Positions 25,921 to 40,615 of a stretch of DNA of 64,000 bases are shown here, in pieces; position 1 is the stretch's first letter, and each line of letters begins with the position of its first letter. The translations under genes and the position numbers were made by a program. The notes below the pieces were generated by a model. It had not been told where the DNA came from and made no database searches. It was given only the letters and a program-made list of their open reading frames with translations. The stretch comes from Lama glama (lineage: Eukaryota), in NCBI GenBank assembly GCA_028534125.1, contig CM052817.1, positions 46,750,001 through 46,814,000 on the forward strand. The letters are read 5' to 3'.

Positions 25921-26729
25921 AAGTAAACTCATCTGAGGGTCAAGAAGAGACTCAATTAGCTCCAACAAAGAACTAACATACATCAAAATCTTAGGAAAAA
26001 AATACTTTTATAGAAATGCTCCTTATAAGGAATAGCTATCCCTTAATACACACATCTGTTACTGCTTATCTCTTTATGTGTGCTTTCCCCAGTATGGCAC
26101 ACAAGATTTTTTATGGATAATTGAATTAAACTAAATTTAGTTAATTTATGTACTTGGGAGTTTTCATGCTGAAGCAAGCATTGCAATAAAATTTTTTCTA
26201 GTGTTTTATCTAATACAGTCATAATACTCTTTTTTAATAGGTTTTTCTTGATATTACATCTTGAATCAGAGAAAGACAATAAATGCAAATCAGGAAACTC
26301 AAGCTTTACTTAGGTTTTCTTATTCCCTTTGTAGCACTGGGTAAACTGTAGCTCTTAGATCTCAGTTCAGCTTGGTGGGTCTTTGTAATTCAAGGGGGCT
26401 CAAGCAATCTGGATATTTCATAATCCCAGATAGATTAGGATATCCATCAGTAACAAAGCTATAATGGGTTTACCTGACTAATAGGAGTTTATTTAAAGTG
26501 ATGTTGGACAAGTAATTAAACTTCTTTGAGTCTCAATTTTTCCTCATCTATAAAATGAAGGGATGGGGTTGGATGACTCATAAAGTACTTTCCACAATTT
26601 TGATTTCTCTGAAACCACTATAAAGTGCAGATTTTTCTCTCCATGTCTAAAAACTAGCAAGTCCCTAAGAGTAGGGCTGTACAGCATCAGGCAGGGGAAA
26701 TGGGTGTTTATTCCCCCAAAAGAAACACT

Positions 26730-26970
26730 TAAATAGCACTTATGATGGACCAGGCCATGTTCTAATCACTTTACACCTATGCCTACATTCAATCCTCACA
26801 ATTGAGGCACATACTATTATAATGGGTCATTTAATGGACGAGGAGCATGAAGCATTAGGTTAAGTAGTTTAGCTTGTTCCAGGGTGCACAACTAGTAAGT
26901 AGTTGGGTCAGGATGCAAACCCAGGCAGCTGGGCTTCAGCATCAGTGCTCTTTGCCATCTACTCTACTGC
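26730..26970 (-). mobile_element. MIR SINE
   Basis: ...ttcaatcctcacaa...actagtaagt...ggatgcaaacccaggcag. Confidence 0.7.
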
Positions 26971-29530
26971 ATGCCTGAGATTCACAGAGCCCACAGACTT
27001 TGTCCATATGCTTAACACTGATTATTTCAGACTCACAGAACTCTTCAGATTCCCTACACATTAACTAAGGTCAGGGGGCAGGGTAGACCACAGGTGTGTT
27101 GTCAGAGTTCTGGAAGGAAATGTGACTCAAAACTCCTGATGTTGCAAACTTGATTTAACTATGGTTAAAGTAACCTGACCTTGAAAAAAAAATAATATAA
27201 CCCTGAAGTTCCACTCAATATTATAATGATACTTGCTATTATATTTTAAAAGTGGAGGTCCCATGAGGAATTCAGATTTTTTTTGCCATCCTTCTTATTA
27301 CAGTCTGAATTTCATTTGAATTTCCCTCCTGACTTTTGAAGGCCTTCAGCAGATCTGGCTCACAGTCTTTGTTAGCCAATTCACAAAAGATCTCTTCAAT
27401 TAAAAAAAGCAAGATATCTGGTTTATAGATATTTCTGTTACCACAACTAAGAAACTAAACAGGAAAAAGTCTAAACTTGAGTTTAGCAATCAAGTTGCAA
27501 GCCTGTTGTTTGCACAGAGACCACTGAAGGACACCAATAACAGTGTTAGGCCACCTGATACTGAGTTGAGTAAACTGAATTAAAATTAAACTCTAAAATG
27601 AACAATTTAAAATTGTGGGGCATGGAAAAAGCAAACATAAAATATAGTCACCCATCTGTGGAACCAAATAACGTATGGTAGAATATGATTACCTGCATCT
27701 CGAGGTAAACATTAATGATTAAAATGTAGATGATGGGCCTCAGATTAATAAACTTGTACTTCCATTGAGAGAGAGTCAAGGTTATCACTGCTTCTCTCTA
27801 AACAAATTCTAAAACCCACGCATGGTAACCTTTGAAATTTTAACAAAGCATCACCAGGCTTGCACTGATTGCTTCAGTTTACATGCCACTGGTCATAGAA
27901 CTTTGAACTGGCCATTTTTGTTTGGAAAATTTGAAGATACTGTATCTCTTTAAGTTAAACAAACCCTTGGACATACACACATGCTGTTTAATGAGTGCTG
28001 TCCCCTGCAAATGGAAAATTGCCGTGGTAAGGAATTGAGTGGAATAGTGCAAACAAACTAGAATAGTCCCCAGGCTGAAAAAATATTCAAATTTCCTAAC
28101 TTTTCTCTCACTTACACTTTGTATGAAAAAAACATCTTTGCCTCTCTATTTTACTCTTCAAGAGAATGATCCTATATGATCTGGAGTTATAGCTATTAGA
28201 ACTTAACTTTAAAGTATCTTATTCAGATATCATAAAATCTCATTCTTCTTGCTTCACAATATCCTTTATTCAAACACAGGTGTTTCTAATTCTAAGCAAA
28301 TTTCTGGCAGTGTAATTCTATTTTTCTGTTGAATTTCATGAAAATATCAAAGGCACATTTTATAGGAAAAATATAACCCCTTGATAAACTAAAGCTACAT
28401 TTAATTCTATAGCAAAGAAAGTTTAAACTATTTTATTAAATAAATGAAATTAATTACCCACAAACATTGACAAAAATGTTCAGAATATTAACAATATTAT
28501 TGGCCTATAATTATTGCATCTTGGAATACAAATGCCAAAGAGAAAATAAGCAGGTGTGTTAAACTCTAACAGTATTCTTTTATTAAGGTTTTAAACATGT
28601 CTGCTTTTGCTTTTCGCCTAAGTTTTTCTACTGTTTCAGACTAGGCTATAAGTGGGTAGGGGTTAGAATAAATTCAAGTATTAACAATGTAAAAAAATCA
28701 CCCAGTCCAAGCCCTCTGCTGACACTTGGCCAATCATAGTGACAATTCAGTGAACTACTCTTACTGCCTTTTCATTTCCTAAACTTTAACTCAATCACGA
28801 TGAGCAAAGATATGATATGAAATTTGAAGTTCCACCTACACAACCATTTGATATAGAGCAAGTTGTGTGACTGGCCTGTGATGTGACAGGAGCAGAAACT
28901 CAGTGGAAGGTCCTTCCCTCTACATCTCAATCTAACAGAAGCACCCTCAAAACATGTTGTTCAAATGCATACATTTTTCATGCTGCTTACCTGCAGTAAA
29001 GAGCATTTTAAAAGTATTTCAATTTTAACTCCATTGGGTGGAGAACACCTTATCCAGTTTACTACAGGAACACCACTCTCAATAGTCTTATACATAGCCT
29101 AATTCATGCTTTTGCGTCATATCTGTCTAGTCTTGGTAGACAGTTGATTTTCTAATCCCTATTTTAAGCTGGCTGGTATTCCATCAGAGCAAAGAGAAAT
29201 GCAGGAAGATCCTCTTTTATTATAACTAAAGAGAAAATTGTTTTAAAATCTAGAAACATTTACAATTTTATAATTCCTCTCCCCAAAATAAAACAAACGA
29301 ACAAACAACAAAAGAAAAAACAGCATAGTCAAACAGACCAGGGGAGTGTAAGGAAACCCGGAGCTCTGCAAGCCTCACTCCTACTCTGGCAAAAAGTCTT
29401 AGGGGTCCAGGGTGCCTGGGTAGTAGCAGAGGCAGGCCTCTCTACGCATAACAGAATGATACAAAATGGGAAGTCTTGAGGCCTCCCACCCCTGTAAGGC
29501 ACATGAATCAATATGTAGAGATCAATTCTT

Positions 29531-30963
29531 GACATATGGATCAACGGAAAAGAACAGAGAGCCCAGAAATAAACCCACAAACTGTTGGTCAATTAATCTT
29601 TGACAAAGGAGGCAAGAACTTACAATGGAGTAAAGACAGTCTCTTCAGCAAATGGTGTGGGGAAAATTGGACAGCTATATGTAAATAAATGAAGTTAGAA
29701 TACTCCCTCACATCATACACAAAAATAAACTCAAAATAGCTTAAAGACTTAAACATAAGACAAGACACTATAAACCTCTTAGAAGAAAACATAGGCAAAA
29801 TATTTTCTGACATAAATCTTAGCAATGTTCTCCTAGGGCAGCCTACCCAGGCAATAGAAATAAAAGCAAAAATAAACAAGTGGGACCCAATTAAACTTAC
29901 AAGCTTTTGCACAGCAAAGGAAACCATAAGCAAAACAAAAAGACAACCGATGAAATGGGAGAAAATATTTGCAAAAGATGAGACTGACAAGAGCTTAATT
30001 TCTAATATATATAAATAGCTCATACAACTTAATAATAAAACAAACAGCAAACCGAATCCAAAAATGGGCAGAAGACCTAAACAAGCATGAAGACATACAA
30101 ATGGCCAATAGGCACATGAAAAAATGCTCAATATCACTAATTATCAGAGAAATGCAAATCAAAACTACAATGAGGTATCACTCACACCAGTCAGAATGGC
30201 CATCATTAAAAAGTCCACAAACAGTAAATGCTGGAGAGGGTGTGGAGGAAAGGGAACCCTCCTACCCTGTTGGTGGGAATGGAAAACAAAATGGAGATTC
30301 CTCAAAAGACTAAAAATAGACCTTCCATATGATCCAGCAATCCCACTCCTGGGCTTATATCTGGAGGGAACTTTAATTTGAAAAGATACATGCACCCCAA
30401 TATTCATAGCAGCACTGTTTACAATAGCCAAGACATGGAAACAACATAAATGTCCATCGACAGATGACTGGATAAAGAAGCTGTGGTATATTTATACAAT
30501 GGAATACTACTCAGCCATAAAAAATAATAAAATAATGCCATTTGCAGCAACATGGATGGACCTGGAGAATGTCATTCTAAGTGAAGTAAGCCAGAAAGAG
30601 AAATAAAAATGCCATATGATATCATTTATATGTGGAATTAAAAAAAAAGACACATGAACTGATTAACAAAATAGAAACAGACTCACATACAGAGAAAACA
30701 AACTTAGATTTCCAGGGAGAAGGGGGTGGGAAGGGATTAAATTGGGAGTTCGAGATTTGCAGATACTGACTACTATACATAAAATAGATAAACAACAAGT
30801 TTATACTATAAGCACATGGAACTATATTCAATCTCTTATAGTAACCTATAATGAAACAGAATTTGAAAACAAAGGTATGTATGTATATGTATGACTGAAC
30901 GATTATGCTGTACACCAGAAACTGACACAACATTTTAAACTGATGATACTTCAATTTAAAAAA
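29531..30963 (+). mobile_element. 5'-truncated young L1
   Basis: ORF2 3' peptides ([30 protein letters not shown]) and 3' UTR. 14-bp TSD agagMtcaattctt at 29517-29530 and 30964-30977. Confidence 0.95.
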
Positions 30964-33900
30964 AGAGCTCAATTCTTAACAGGAATTTTCAGCACACCTT
31001 GTAGTGAGATCCTACCTAAAGCAAAGTGTCATAGCCATAGTTCCCACCTGCACAAATACATGATAATGACACCTATGTGACAACTACTCATTTCCTCTTC
31101 AGTTTCCTTCAAATGCTTTCCACCCCCACGACTGCTCTGAGACTGCATCTCAAGTCAAGTATTCAACCCCAGTAGGAAAATATTTTTTACATATTTCATG
31201 CATATAAAAGGACCTCATCAATGGCATTTGGCTCACTTTTTTATGTTGACGTTCATGAAATTATATTATTTTAGTTCCCCATCTTCTTCTTGAACTAACT
31301 GTTCTCTTTCTTATTTGCTGACAACTCTTCTATATTCTAACCAAAGACTTCTTTACCTTCTATTGAACCAGTCAGAAATCATTTAATTCTTATTTTGGTC
31401 TCTATATTTACTCTCTTTCTCAGTGTTATGGCAGTAATGGATTAATGGATATACATACTTCAAATTATAAACAATCCTGCACATTACTCCCACAAATATC
31501 TTCCTAGAATGTTGTGTGCAATCACTACTCTCTTTCTGCTCAAAAATTTGGAATGACACTCCATTGCCTAAAAAACTAAATCCAAACTTATAATGTGCTG
31601 GACTCTTGTGCTTGGTACACAAAGGGAAGCAGCATCTCTTCACCCTAGAAATGAGAGCCTCTCAGAATCTGAATGACTCCACCAACTTGGGATAAAAAAT
31701 GCAGGCTCTTTTTGGGCAGTGAAAATTCAACAGATTGGTGATAAACAACATGACAAAATAGAAGGTTGTGCATAACTGGTGTTCAGTAAATGCTTATCAA
31801 TGAAGTGGAGAGCCAGGTCTCAATTAGGGGAAGGAAGTATATACAAGAGGTAAGAAACAGGATTAAAAGATTGGGAATTCAGATATGCCAAATGGAGAAC
31901 AGGGATGGATAAGAGGAAACAGTGAATTTAGTGATGGCATAAGCTAAGTGAAAGTAAAAGAAGTATATCCATAAAGATCTGGATACCAATAGTGATCCAC
32001 AAGGGTCTCCTAGAGACAGAGAGAAAAACCTTGGAGTGAGAGAATACAATTACTTCTAAAGCAAATGTTAAGAAAAAAAGCCAGTTTACTGAAGGCAAGA
32101 CGGTAGAGGCAGATAAACAAACATACACATGAAAATATAGACATTTACTAACCACAATACTTCTTGAAATATTTTCTCTTTCCCTTTCTTGTATATGATC
32201 TTCTCACTATTCAATGCCTTGGGGAGAATTAAAACTGTTATAGCAGGAATGCAAAAAAAAAAAAGCAGTGTTAATATTCACCTATCATTATAGGAATTTC
32301 AAGTGACACAGTAATCTCCAGAGCAGTAAAATACATATATATTTGGTAGATTTGGAAAGCTGAATCCTAATCATTTCTTTAGGTTGGCTCCAAATCAGAA
32401 GTGAAATGAAGTGCTGAACAGTGACCATCATTTTGATCATCATACTGACCTCCTTGGTCTACCTTGTGATAAAAACATGGTGTTCTGGACAGGTCTCAAG
32501 CAGAGCAGCCCAAACCATTTGGGTGTAACAGTCCCTTTGGCAACAGTTTAATCAGTAAGTTCAATGTCACACGGAAAAGTAACCTAGGATATTCACAATG
32601 TGTCTTATCCCAGAGAGGCCACCCACACATGTTTGTCGACTACGTGCTCTACCACAAAAATTTACCACTCCTACCGAGAGCCTGTTGACTTGGCCATGAA
32701 ATACTAACCAAGAGATTAGAGGTCACTTATTACCAAAGTAGAGCTCACTCTCCCTACAAAAAAAACAAAAACAAAAACAAACCAGGACAAACATCCTTTC
32801 TTTCTACTTTGTCCACTCTTATTCCCAATGTTTTCTCATCACTCTAAACAAAGTACAATGTCTCCTTTATTTCAAACAGAGCTTTGTCATTTATGGGACT
32901 TCCACACAAGATATGAGTTACTAACTTTCCTTTTTTTTTTTATATGAGCTTCCTTTTCTCACTTGCATAGAGATAATTTCCTCTATGACCCTTTATTTAC
33001 ATCTAAATTTGATGTTCAGTGAGATTTTAAAATATCTGGCCTTGCAGGGTAGAGTTTAAATGGGAAATAATCTACTGATTATCATTTGCCATTCTGAAGT
33101 CATCAGATAAATATAAACCAAAGTAACACATGTGTGATCCTACTACCATTCTAGGGGGGTTGGTCTCAATTTTCCATGTGTCTAAAATCATCTATGGGGT
33201 AGTCAGATATCCCTTACTAAGTCATATTCTTCCAACAACATTCCACACTAAGAATGATTTAATCCTGATTTTAAAATGATCTTCCACATCTAAATGCAAT
33301 ATTGCATTAATTCAATGGAATACTATTCACTACACAAAGAAAGAAAAAAAACTTTTATGAAACACATATGAAACGAACTCTAAGGTATTGTTTAGAGAAA
33401 AATCAAAGTATAATAAAATAAGATAGCTTTTAAAAATAGTGTGTCAGGAGGGGCATACAAGTATTGACTGACTCATGGTAAAACAATCTGGCTTGATTCA
33501 AACTATTTGGAAAGATATGCAGGAAAATGGGAACACCAGTTGATTCCTGGGAGAGGAGCCAGATGACTGTGGGACAGTTACAGAATGATACTATTCAGTG
33601 AATATTTGCTTATGCCTTTGTAAAAATTTGAATCATATCAGTGTATTACTTACTCAAAAATAATTGAAACTAAAATTGAACAAATATTTAAGACATGAAG
33701 TAGTCTTGTGAATCTTAGTACTGGTAAATTTTCCTACACCATCATAAAAATCCCAGGAAAGTATAGCTGACACCTAAAATTACGTATTTCAGATACTTTC
33801 TCATGTAGTTGAGCTACAACTGGTTATAGCAACTGGGGAAAATGAGAAATATCAAGAGCATTCTTCAGAAATTACATCTAGCTTTAAAGTTTTTAAATCC

Positions 33901-35504
33901 AACATTAAATCTCAATCATTGTACATGAAACTTTTCTGTAAGCACTGAAAAATGATAGAATTGATATTAAGGAAATTAAAGAAAAACAAAACAGAAAATT
34001 TACCCTTTGCAAAAGCAATCATTCTCATTCTAGTTGGAAACCAGACAACAAGCTATATTAATGTACATTTTATTGAAAAGCATCTCTATGATTATGTGGT
34101 TCTTTCAAGCAGACATCTCTTGCTTATCCTTGTATCCAGTATCTAGAACAGAAATTTTTCAAGTTATGTTCTATGGACCCAGGCGTGCTTTAGATATTCT
34201 GCAAATATTTGACTTGCTTTACTTCTTTTTAAATATATATAAAGTTTAAACTGTATGTATGTGTGTATACACACACATATCTATGTATGTTATGGCCATT
34301 GTATATAAAATATATTATATATAAACACATTTTATGCAATGTTTTTATATCCAAATTGGAGACTTTGATTTCTATGGCCAAGGCAGCTTATTTTCATATC
34401 AATCTAGGAAAAATCTTCTCTATGTATATATTAGAACTTTTTAAAAAATGTCAATGCTTAAGAAGGTTGAAAGTTTGTAATAGTGTTTTCCTAAAATTCA
34501 GAACTGGATCTGTCCAAGTATACAAAATTCTATAGAAGATTCATTCTGTTTGGCTGCTCTCCCGGATGAATAGGCAATTTCAAACTGATTCAATTTAGTT
34601 CCTCTTGGGTCAAGGGAAATATCTGGCTTCAAGTCCCTATCACCTCTTAAAGTGACCAAAGTTACTTTTGAGACTGTGTGCATTACAAGTGTCCTGGGCC
34701 ACTGTCAGGTAGATTATCTGATTGAGGCAGGGGCGGGGTTGAGTAGAGCTTCGAAGTACAGCGGATGCCAGTCCAAACTGGATAAATGATGGAGAACATA
34801 CCATTTTGGTGGCTGGCTTTGACAATAGAACAACATGGAACTCATCCAGGTTCTGTGCAGCTTCCTGGTGCTACAACATATGAGGGAGGTCTGTTTTGGC
34901 TGGCTGGGGAAAGACAGTGGTATGCATCATTCCTTCTCTTACCTCTTTTCTAGTCATGAATATTTCATCTCCTAAGGTAGAAAAATTTGCTCTTCAATGA
35001 TCCATCCATATTTTTCCACATTTCTGCACCTCTCCTCCCCCTCAATAGTAGCATACTGGCAAAAAAAGAAAATATTCTTGAGTTACAAGTGAAAGAATTT
35101 TGTGAGCCCTGGTTGAGGAATTTGAGGGGAAGAAATATACAAATTAACACTTAGAAATGCATGTGCCATGCTCAAGTAAATGTCAATAAAGCTTTAGGAT
35201 ATCTGCCTTGTACATACTTTTCTCAAATCATAATAATCACATGTGCAAAGACAAGTGAATTTCCAGTAACTGGCATCATGAAAGTATCATAATTTTATCA
35301 CTCATTGTAAATCTGACATGTTTCCTTTATGGTATATTTATGATAAATAATGTAAGTAGCTCTTAGATATTGTTGGTGAGGTAGTTATGAAATGAAATGA
35401 TTCTATTATTCCTATTAACCACAGTTATTTTAAGGTTACAAATCATGCTGTTTTTCTTTTTGCTTTATTTTTAACTATTAACATTTGCAACTAATTTTCC
35501 TTTT

Positions 35505-35822
35505 TTCCCAGATTTACTGAAGTATAATTGATGAATAAAATTGTAAAATGTTTAAAATATGCAATGTGATGATTTGATATATGTGTACATTATGAAATGA
35601 TCCCCACAGAAAGTTAATTAACACATCACTTCATATAATTACCTTCTTTTGGAAAGAATGCTTAAGATCTACTCTCTTGGTAAATTTCAATTATATAATA
35701 CAGTGTTATCAACTATTACCAGTATTACAGTCATCATGCTGTACATTCAATTCTCAGAACTTATTTTATAACTGAAAATTTGTATCTTCTTACCAACCTC
35801 TTCTCATGCACCTCCCACCCCA
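35505..35822 (-). mobile_element. L1MA-type 3' UTR fragment
   Basis: ...cttaagatctactctcttggtaaatttcaattatataatacagtgttatcaact..., an antisense L1MA 3' end. Confidence 0.75.
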
Positions 35823-36451
35823 ACACATTTATACAAAGAGAAAACTGCTTTTATCCATGTGTATATTAAGGTTTTAATATACAAAATACATTATATTTAC
35901 GTATTGGTGTTTGAAAAAATTTGAAAAACACTGACCTAGGTGAATAATCATGACAAAAAACAGATTAAAAATAATTCTAAAATTCCCTTCTTATCTAAGT
36001 AAGACCATTTTAGCCTTAACGAAATTCACAGAGTCATGTAGTATGGTTAAAAAACAAAATTTGAGAAATGGTTGAAGAGTAATCTTGCAAATAGTAAGTT
36101 ACTTCTACCTTGAAGTAAGGAGATAACATAAAGAATTAAAAGAGTCCTTGTGAAGTAACTTGACTTCAAGAACTTTATTTTATTTTATTATATTTTATGG
36201 ACAGAAAGAGCTCATCTTGTTCATGCAGGGGTTAGCTGTGATAATCAGCTCATAAATAATAGTCATTCATTTTTAATAGCCCTTAATGTTCCTTCAAATT
36301 TGGTGGAACATATTTTACCATTTTTAAATACATAGTATTTATCTATAAATGAGAAAATGTTCATAAATGGTCTTAATAAAATGAGAACTAGAAATATAAA
36401 TTCTCAATACTACATAAAGGAAATAACTTTCTCAACTTATTTTACAACTGC

Positions 36452-38720
36452 AATTCATTCATTCATTCATTCATTCAACAAATATTATTGCTGTCTATAA
36501 ATTTAAAAAGATACTCTTACTGTTGTGGAATTTACATTCTAGCACAAGTAGATAGACAATATTAGCATAGTAGATAAGTAAATTATATATTATTTTAGAG
36601 GGTGCATAGCACTAGGAACAAATTAAAATTAGAGCAGGTTAAGGGAGACTGGGAGTGCAGGCAACATAAGATTGCTTTCAAAAGTAAACAAGGTAGTAAG
36701 AGTGGACCTCTTTGAGAATGTGGTAATTGAGCAAAGACTGGAAAGAGATAAGGTAGGTACCACATATGTATGTGGGGAAGAAGCGTTCAAGACAAAGGGC
36801 ACAACTAGTGCTAAGGCGCTGAAACAGGAGTGCCCCTGATGTGTTTGAGAAATATTAAGAAAGTCAGAGCGTCTGAAACAGAGTAACCAAAGAGGGAGAG
36901 AATAGAAGGAGAGGAAGTCAGAGAGGTAAAGGCAGCAGATCATGCAGCATCCCATAATCCATTGAAAGGATTTCAACATTTACCCTGAGCGAAATGGAAA
37001 GGCAGTGTAGGGTTTTGAGCAGAAAATATAGCAAACAATATTACTCCTGCATGATAAATACTACATCATAGTATATATAATAGCAAATTATAAAGTTCTA
37101 TGTGAATAAGATGTGTTATAAAATTCTCCCTCTAAAATCTTAACTTCTGAGGAGCTTTTATTCTATCATAAAAGCCATTTATTGAGTAGTCACTGTGTTC
37201 CAGGTACTGTTCATTAATTAATTCAACAAATATTTATTAAGTGCCTACTGCCATGTCAGGTACCACTCAGGGTACAGAGATAGGCATCATAGACACAAAC
37301 ATGAAAGAGCATAAGCACACAGGGGTCAGAGGAGGGAAGGATGCTCTAGAGAAGCATCAAGGTTCAAATTCTAGTTTCACCATTTACTAGCTGTGTGATC
37401 TTGGATAAGCTTCTTAACCATTTTCAGACCCAATTCTCTCATCTGTAAAAGGCAGTAACAACAATATTTCTTACACTATAGGGTTTTGTGAACATTACTC
37501 TGGTTGCTACATGGAGGATAGGGAGAAAACATAGGAAGGAGGAGGGAGAATATTTAGGGGCTATTGTAGTAGTTCAGGGGAGAGTCTAGGGTAGTGGTGG
37601 AAGTGGTGAGAAGCAATCAAATTCAGGATGTATACTTGGAATTAAAATCAACATAACAATGGCTGATGGATTCGATGTAGCATGCAAGGGACAGAGATGA
37701 ATCAAGGGTAACTTCTATGTTTTGGCCAAAGCAACTGAGAAAATGATAGGTCCATTTTATGGGGTTGGTGAGATTGGAGATTTGGGAGAAGGAATCGAGT
37801 ACTATTTTGAATACGTTATATCTCAGTTACATGTTAGGCATCCAAGAAGATTTCAAAAAGGTGTTTGGATATATAAATTTAAACTCAGAGGAGAAGCCAA
37901 GCCTTCAGATTTAAATGTGGGATATGCCAGATGGTAATTATACCATGAGATGAAATTAATTGCTTAGATAAGAGAAAAAGAAGACCAAGGACTGAGCTCT
38001 GGATTACACCAAAAGTCCAAGCTCAGACATATGGGAGGAGTCAACAAAGGAAAGAGAAGTAGTTGGTGAAATAGGAGGGAAACTACTCCCTAGTATGACG
38101 TCCTATTATATTAAGGGTAAGAAAATGATCAGTTATCTCAAATCTCCCTGAAGTTTTCAGGAAAATGAGGTCTGAGATTTGATCATTAGTTTTGAAAAGA
38201 TGGGGGTCATTGTTGACTTTGACAAAAGAGTTTCGGTAGAGTCACGTGGCTATCAGTGTGACTAAAGCACAGAAGAGACAACTGAGGTAGGAGTTACAAA
38301 GTCATAGTGGAATAGTAAGTAAAGACAACTCTTTTTTTCCCTGAATTTTGCTATGAAGGGTGCAGAGAAATGAGCTGGAAGAAGTCTTGGGCCATGTGAG
38401 ACTTTTTAAAGATGGTGGTGATATTTATAGTCTGATGGGGATGATCCAAAAGCAAAGCAAAGCCTAACGATGCAGAAGAAAGGAGCTGAATGGAGGAGAA
38501 AAACCCTTGAATAGGCTGGATGCTGTGGGATCCAGCACACAAGTTGAAGAGTGGGCTTTAGACAGGAGCCAGGATAGTTCAGTCACTGAACAAGAGAAAG
38601 CAAAGTTCAAGATTAGGGGAAGACAGGCTGGAAATTTTAGAGTTGGAAAGATGAGATAGTTCTCCTCTGACTGCTTCTGTATCCTGAGTGAAGTAAGAAT
38701 TAAATTCATAGCTTAGAACA
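36452..38720 (-). mobile_element. Two adjacent L2 fragments (about 36452-37030 and 37210-38720) with an embedded MIR piece
   Basis: (TTCA)n-acaaatatt L2 termini at ~36455 and ~37215; L2-type purine-rich bodies; MIR core at ~37355-37490. Confidence 0.75.
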
Positions 38721-38756
38721 ATGAGGAGGGGAGAGGTGTTTTTTCTTCCTAAGATC

Positions 38757-38932
38757 TTGGCCACTTCATAGGCATGTGGCCTGAGCAATCATACAGCGTT
38801 CTGAACCTAGAAGGAGTCCACACTTGGTTTAATGCTCTGCTGCTGCAGCCATAAAATTCTTAATGATTGTTGAACAGGGAGCCCCACATTCTGATTTTTC
38901 ACTGGACAGCAGAAATTATGTAGCTACCCATG
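38757..38932 (+). mobile_element. MER45A-like hAT-Tip100 MITE
   Basis: cttggtttaatgctctgctg...aaattcttaatgattgttgaacagggagccccacatt...aaattatgtagc. Homologous to the copy at 58454-58630. Confidence 0.8.
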
Positions 38933-39023
38933 CTGGGAGCTTTTGAATCTTTGTCACCAGTGTTCTAGAATTTCATAAAGTATGAGTCTTTTTAGACCAT
39001 TGGGCCTTTTCAAACAGTGATTA

Positions 39024-39249
39024 CAGTCGACCCTTGAACAATGCAGGGGTTAAGGATGCCGACAGTCTGTTCAGTCAAAAATCTGCTTATAACTTGGCAA
39101 TAGGCTCTCTGGATCATTGTTCCGCATCCACACATTCAGCCAACTGTGAATGGTGTAGTATTGTACTATTACTACTGAAAAAAAGAAAAGAAAAATTGTA
39201 TATAAGTAGACCTGTGCTGTTCAAACCTGTGTTGTTCAAAGGTCAGCTA
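39024..39249. mobile_element. MER8-like TcMar-Tigger MITE
   Basis: Terminal inverted repeats CAGTCGACCCTTGAACAA ... TTGTTCAAAGGTCAGCTA, flanked by TA dinucleotides. Confidence 0.85.
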
Positions 39250-40232
39250 TAATTCCTTCAGGTCTAAGGGAATTCCTTGCATTGTTTCACTGACAATTTC
39301 TTCTTTTCCTTTTTCTCCTTATGCAAATTGTAGCTTGAATACTGAACCTCTTGCACAAACACTCTAGTTTTCTTATCTTTTATGTCTTTGTAGTTTTGTT
39401 CTAGTTTCTGAGCTACTTCCTCAACTTGGTTTTCCAACCCAAATTCTGTTGATGATTTTTTTTATTCTATTATATGTTTTAATTTATTTTTAGGTCTTTA
39501 AGGTCCTGTTTTTACAACCTCGTGTTCTTTTTTCGTAGATTCTGTGATATCTTTTCTTGTCTCTGTAAGATTTACTACAGATTTTTTACTGTTTCATTTT
39601 CTTCTGTGGCTAGTATTTTCTGTATCCTCTGATTGTCTGTGTTTTCTCATCTCCTTTGTAAGAGACTCCTCTCAACTGCCTAGTGATTCTTAGTTTCCCA
39701 TATATATTTTAAAATAAGACAGTAAGTATTATTTGGAGATTTTGTCAGGTTTGTGGAATATATTGACTCTGGGCTTTGCTGCAGGGTGATCATAGGATCC
39801 AGATATTTTGTTGCTCTTTACTCTTGGGTCTGATGGTTTCCTCAGAAATAAATTTTCCTAATTTGCTGCTTAGATATAGAAATTTGGCAGCCAGTCTTCT
39901 GGAGATCAGAGGTCTCACTATTTAAAATACTTTCATTTATGTTTCCTATTTTCAATATAGCATCTCATCCTTGCTTCTTCCTGAGTCCAAAGATTTTCTG
40001 GTTCAACAACTTTATTGACTAAATCTTTAGTATCCTAATATAATAAGGGAAGGGTAGTCATCTGGATGCATAAAGAGGAAGTGGGATCTGAAGAGATAAA
40101 TGCTTTTTAAATTACATTTAATCCTTCGGTTAGACCTACCATCTTTCATATCCACGTTTCAAGTTACTAGCTTCTCTCATTATGATGATAGCCTAAATTC
40201 TGTGGTATATGTCAGCTTGATTTTTATTGGCC

Positions 40233-40615
40233 TGTATACTAGTTTGCTAGGGCTGCTGTAACAAAGTACCAAAAACTAGGTGGCTTAAAACAAGTGATAT
40301 TTATTGTCTTACAGTCTGGAAGCCAGAAGTCCAACATCAGTGTATCCGCAGGGTCATACTCTATAAAGGTGCTGGGGAAAGATCTGTTTCAGGCTTCTCT
40401 CCCAGCTTCTGGTAGACTCGGGCATCCCTTGGCTTGCAGATGCATCACTTCAATCCTCTGTTTTCACAAGACATTTCTCCCTATGTCCCTGTGTGTCTTC
40501 AAACCTTCTTCCCTCTTTGTGTATGTCTCTGAGTCAAAATTTCCCCTTTTTATAAGGACACCAGTCATGTTGGATTAGGGTCCATACCACTGATCTCCTC
40601 TTAACTTGGTTAAAT
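40233..40615 (-). mobile_element. MaLR LTR (MLT1C-like), partial
   Basis: tgtatactagtttgctagggctgctgtaacaaagtacca...ggtggcttaaaacaa, the antisense MLT1 3' end. Confidence 0.8.

Noticed and set aside
32270..32282. HNF1-like GTTAATATTCACC
   Set aside because: Isolated motif in AT-rich DNA with no convincing companion cluster.
33293..33308. 16-bp perfect palindrome AATGCAATATTGCATT
   Set aside because: An 8-bp-arm AT-rich palindrome is expected by chance in 64 kb.
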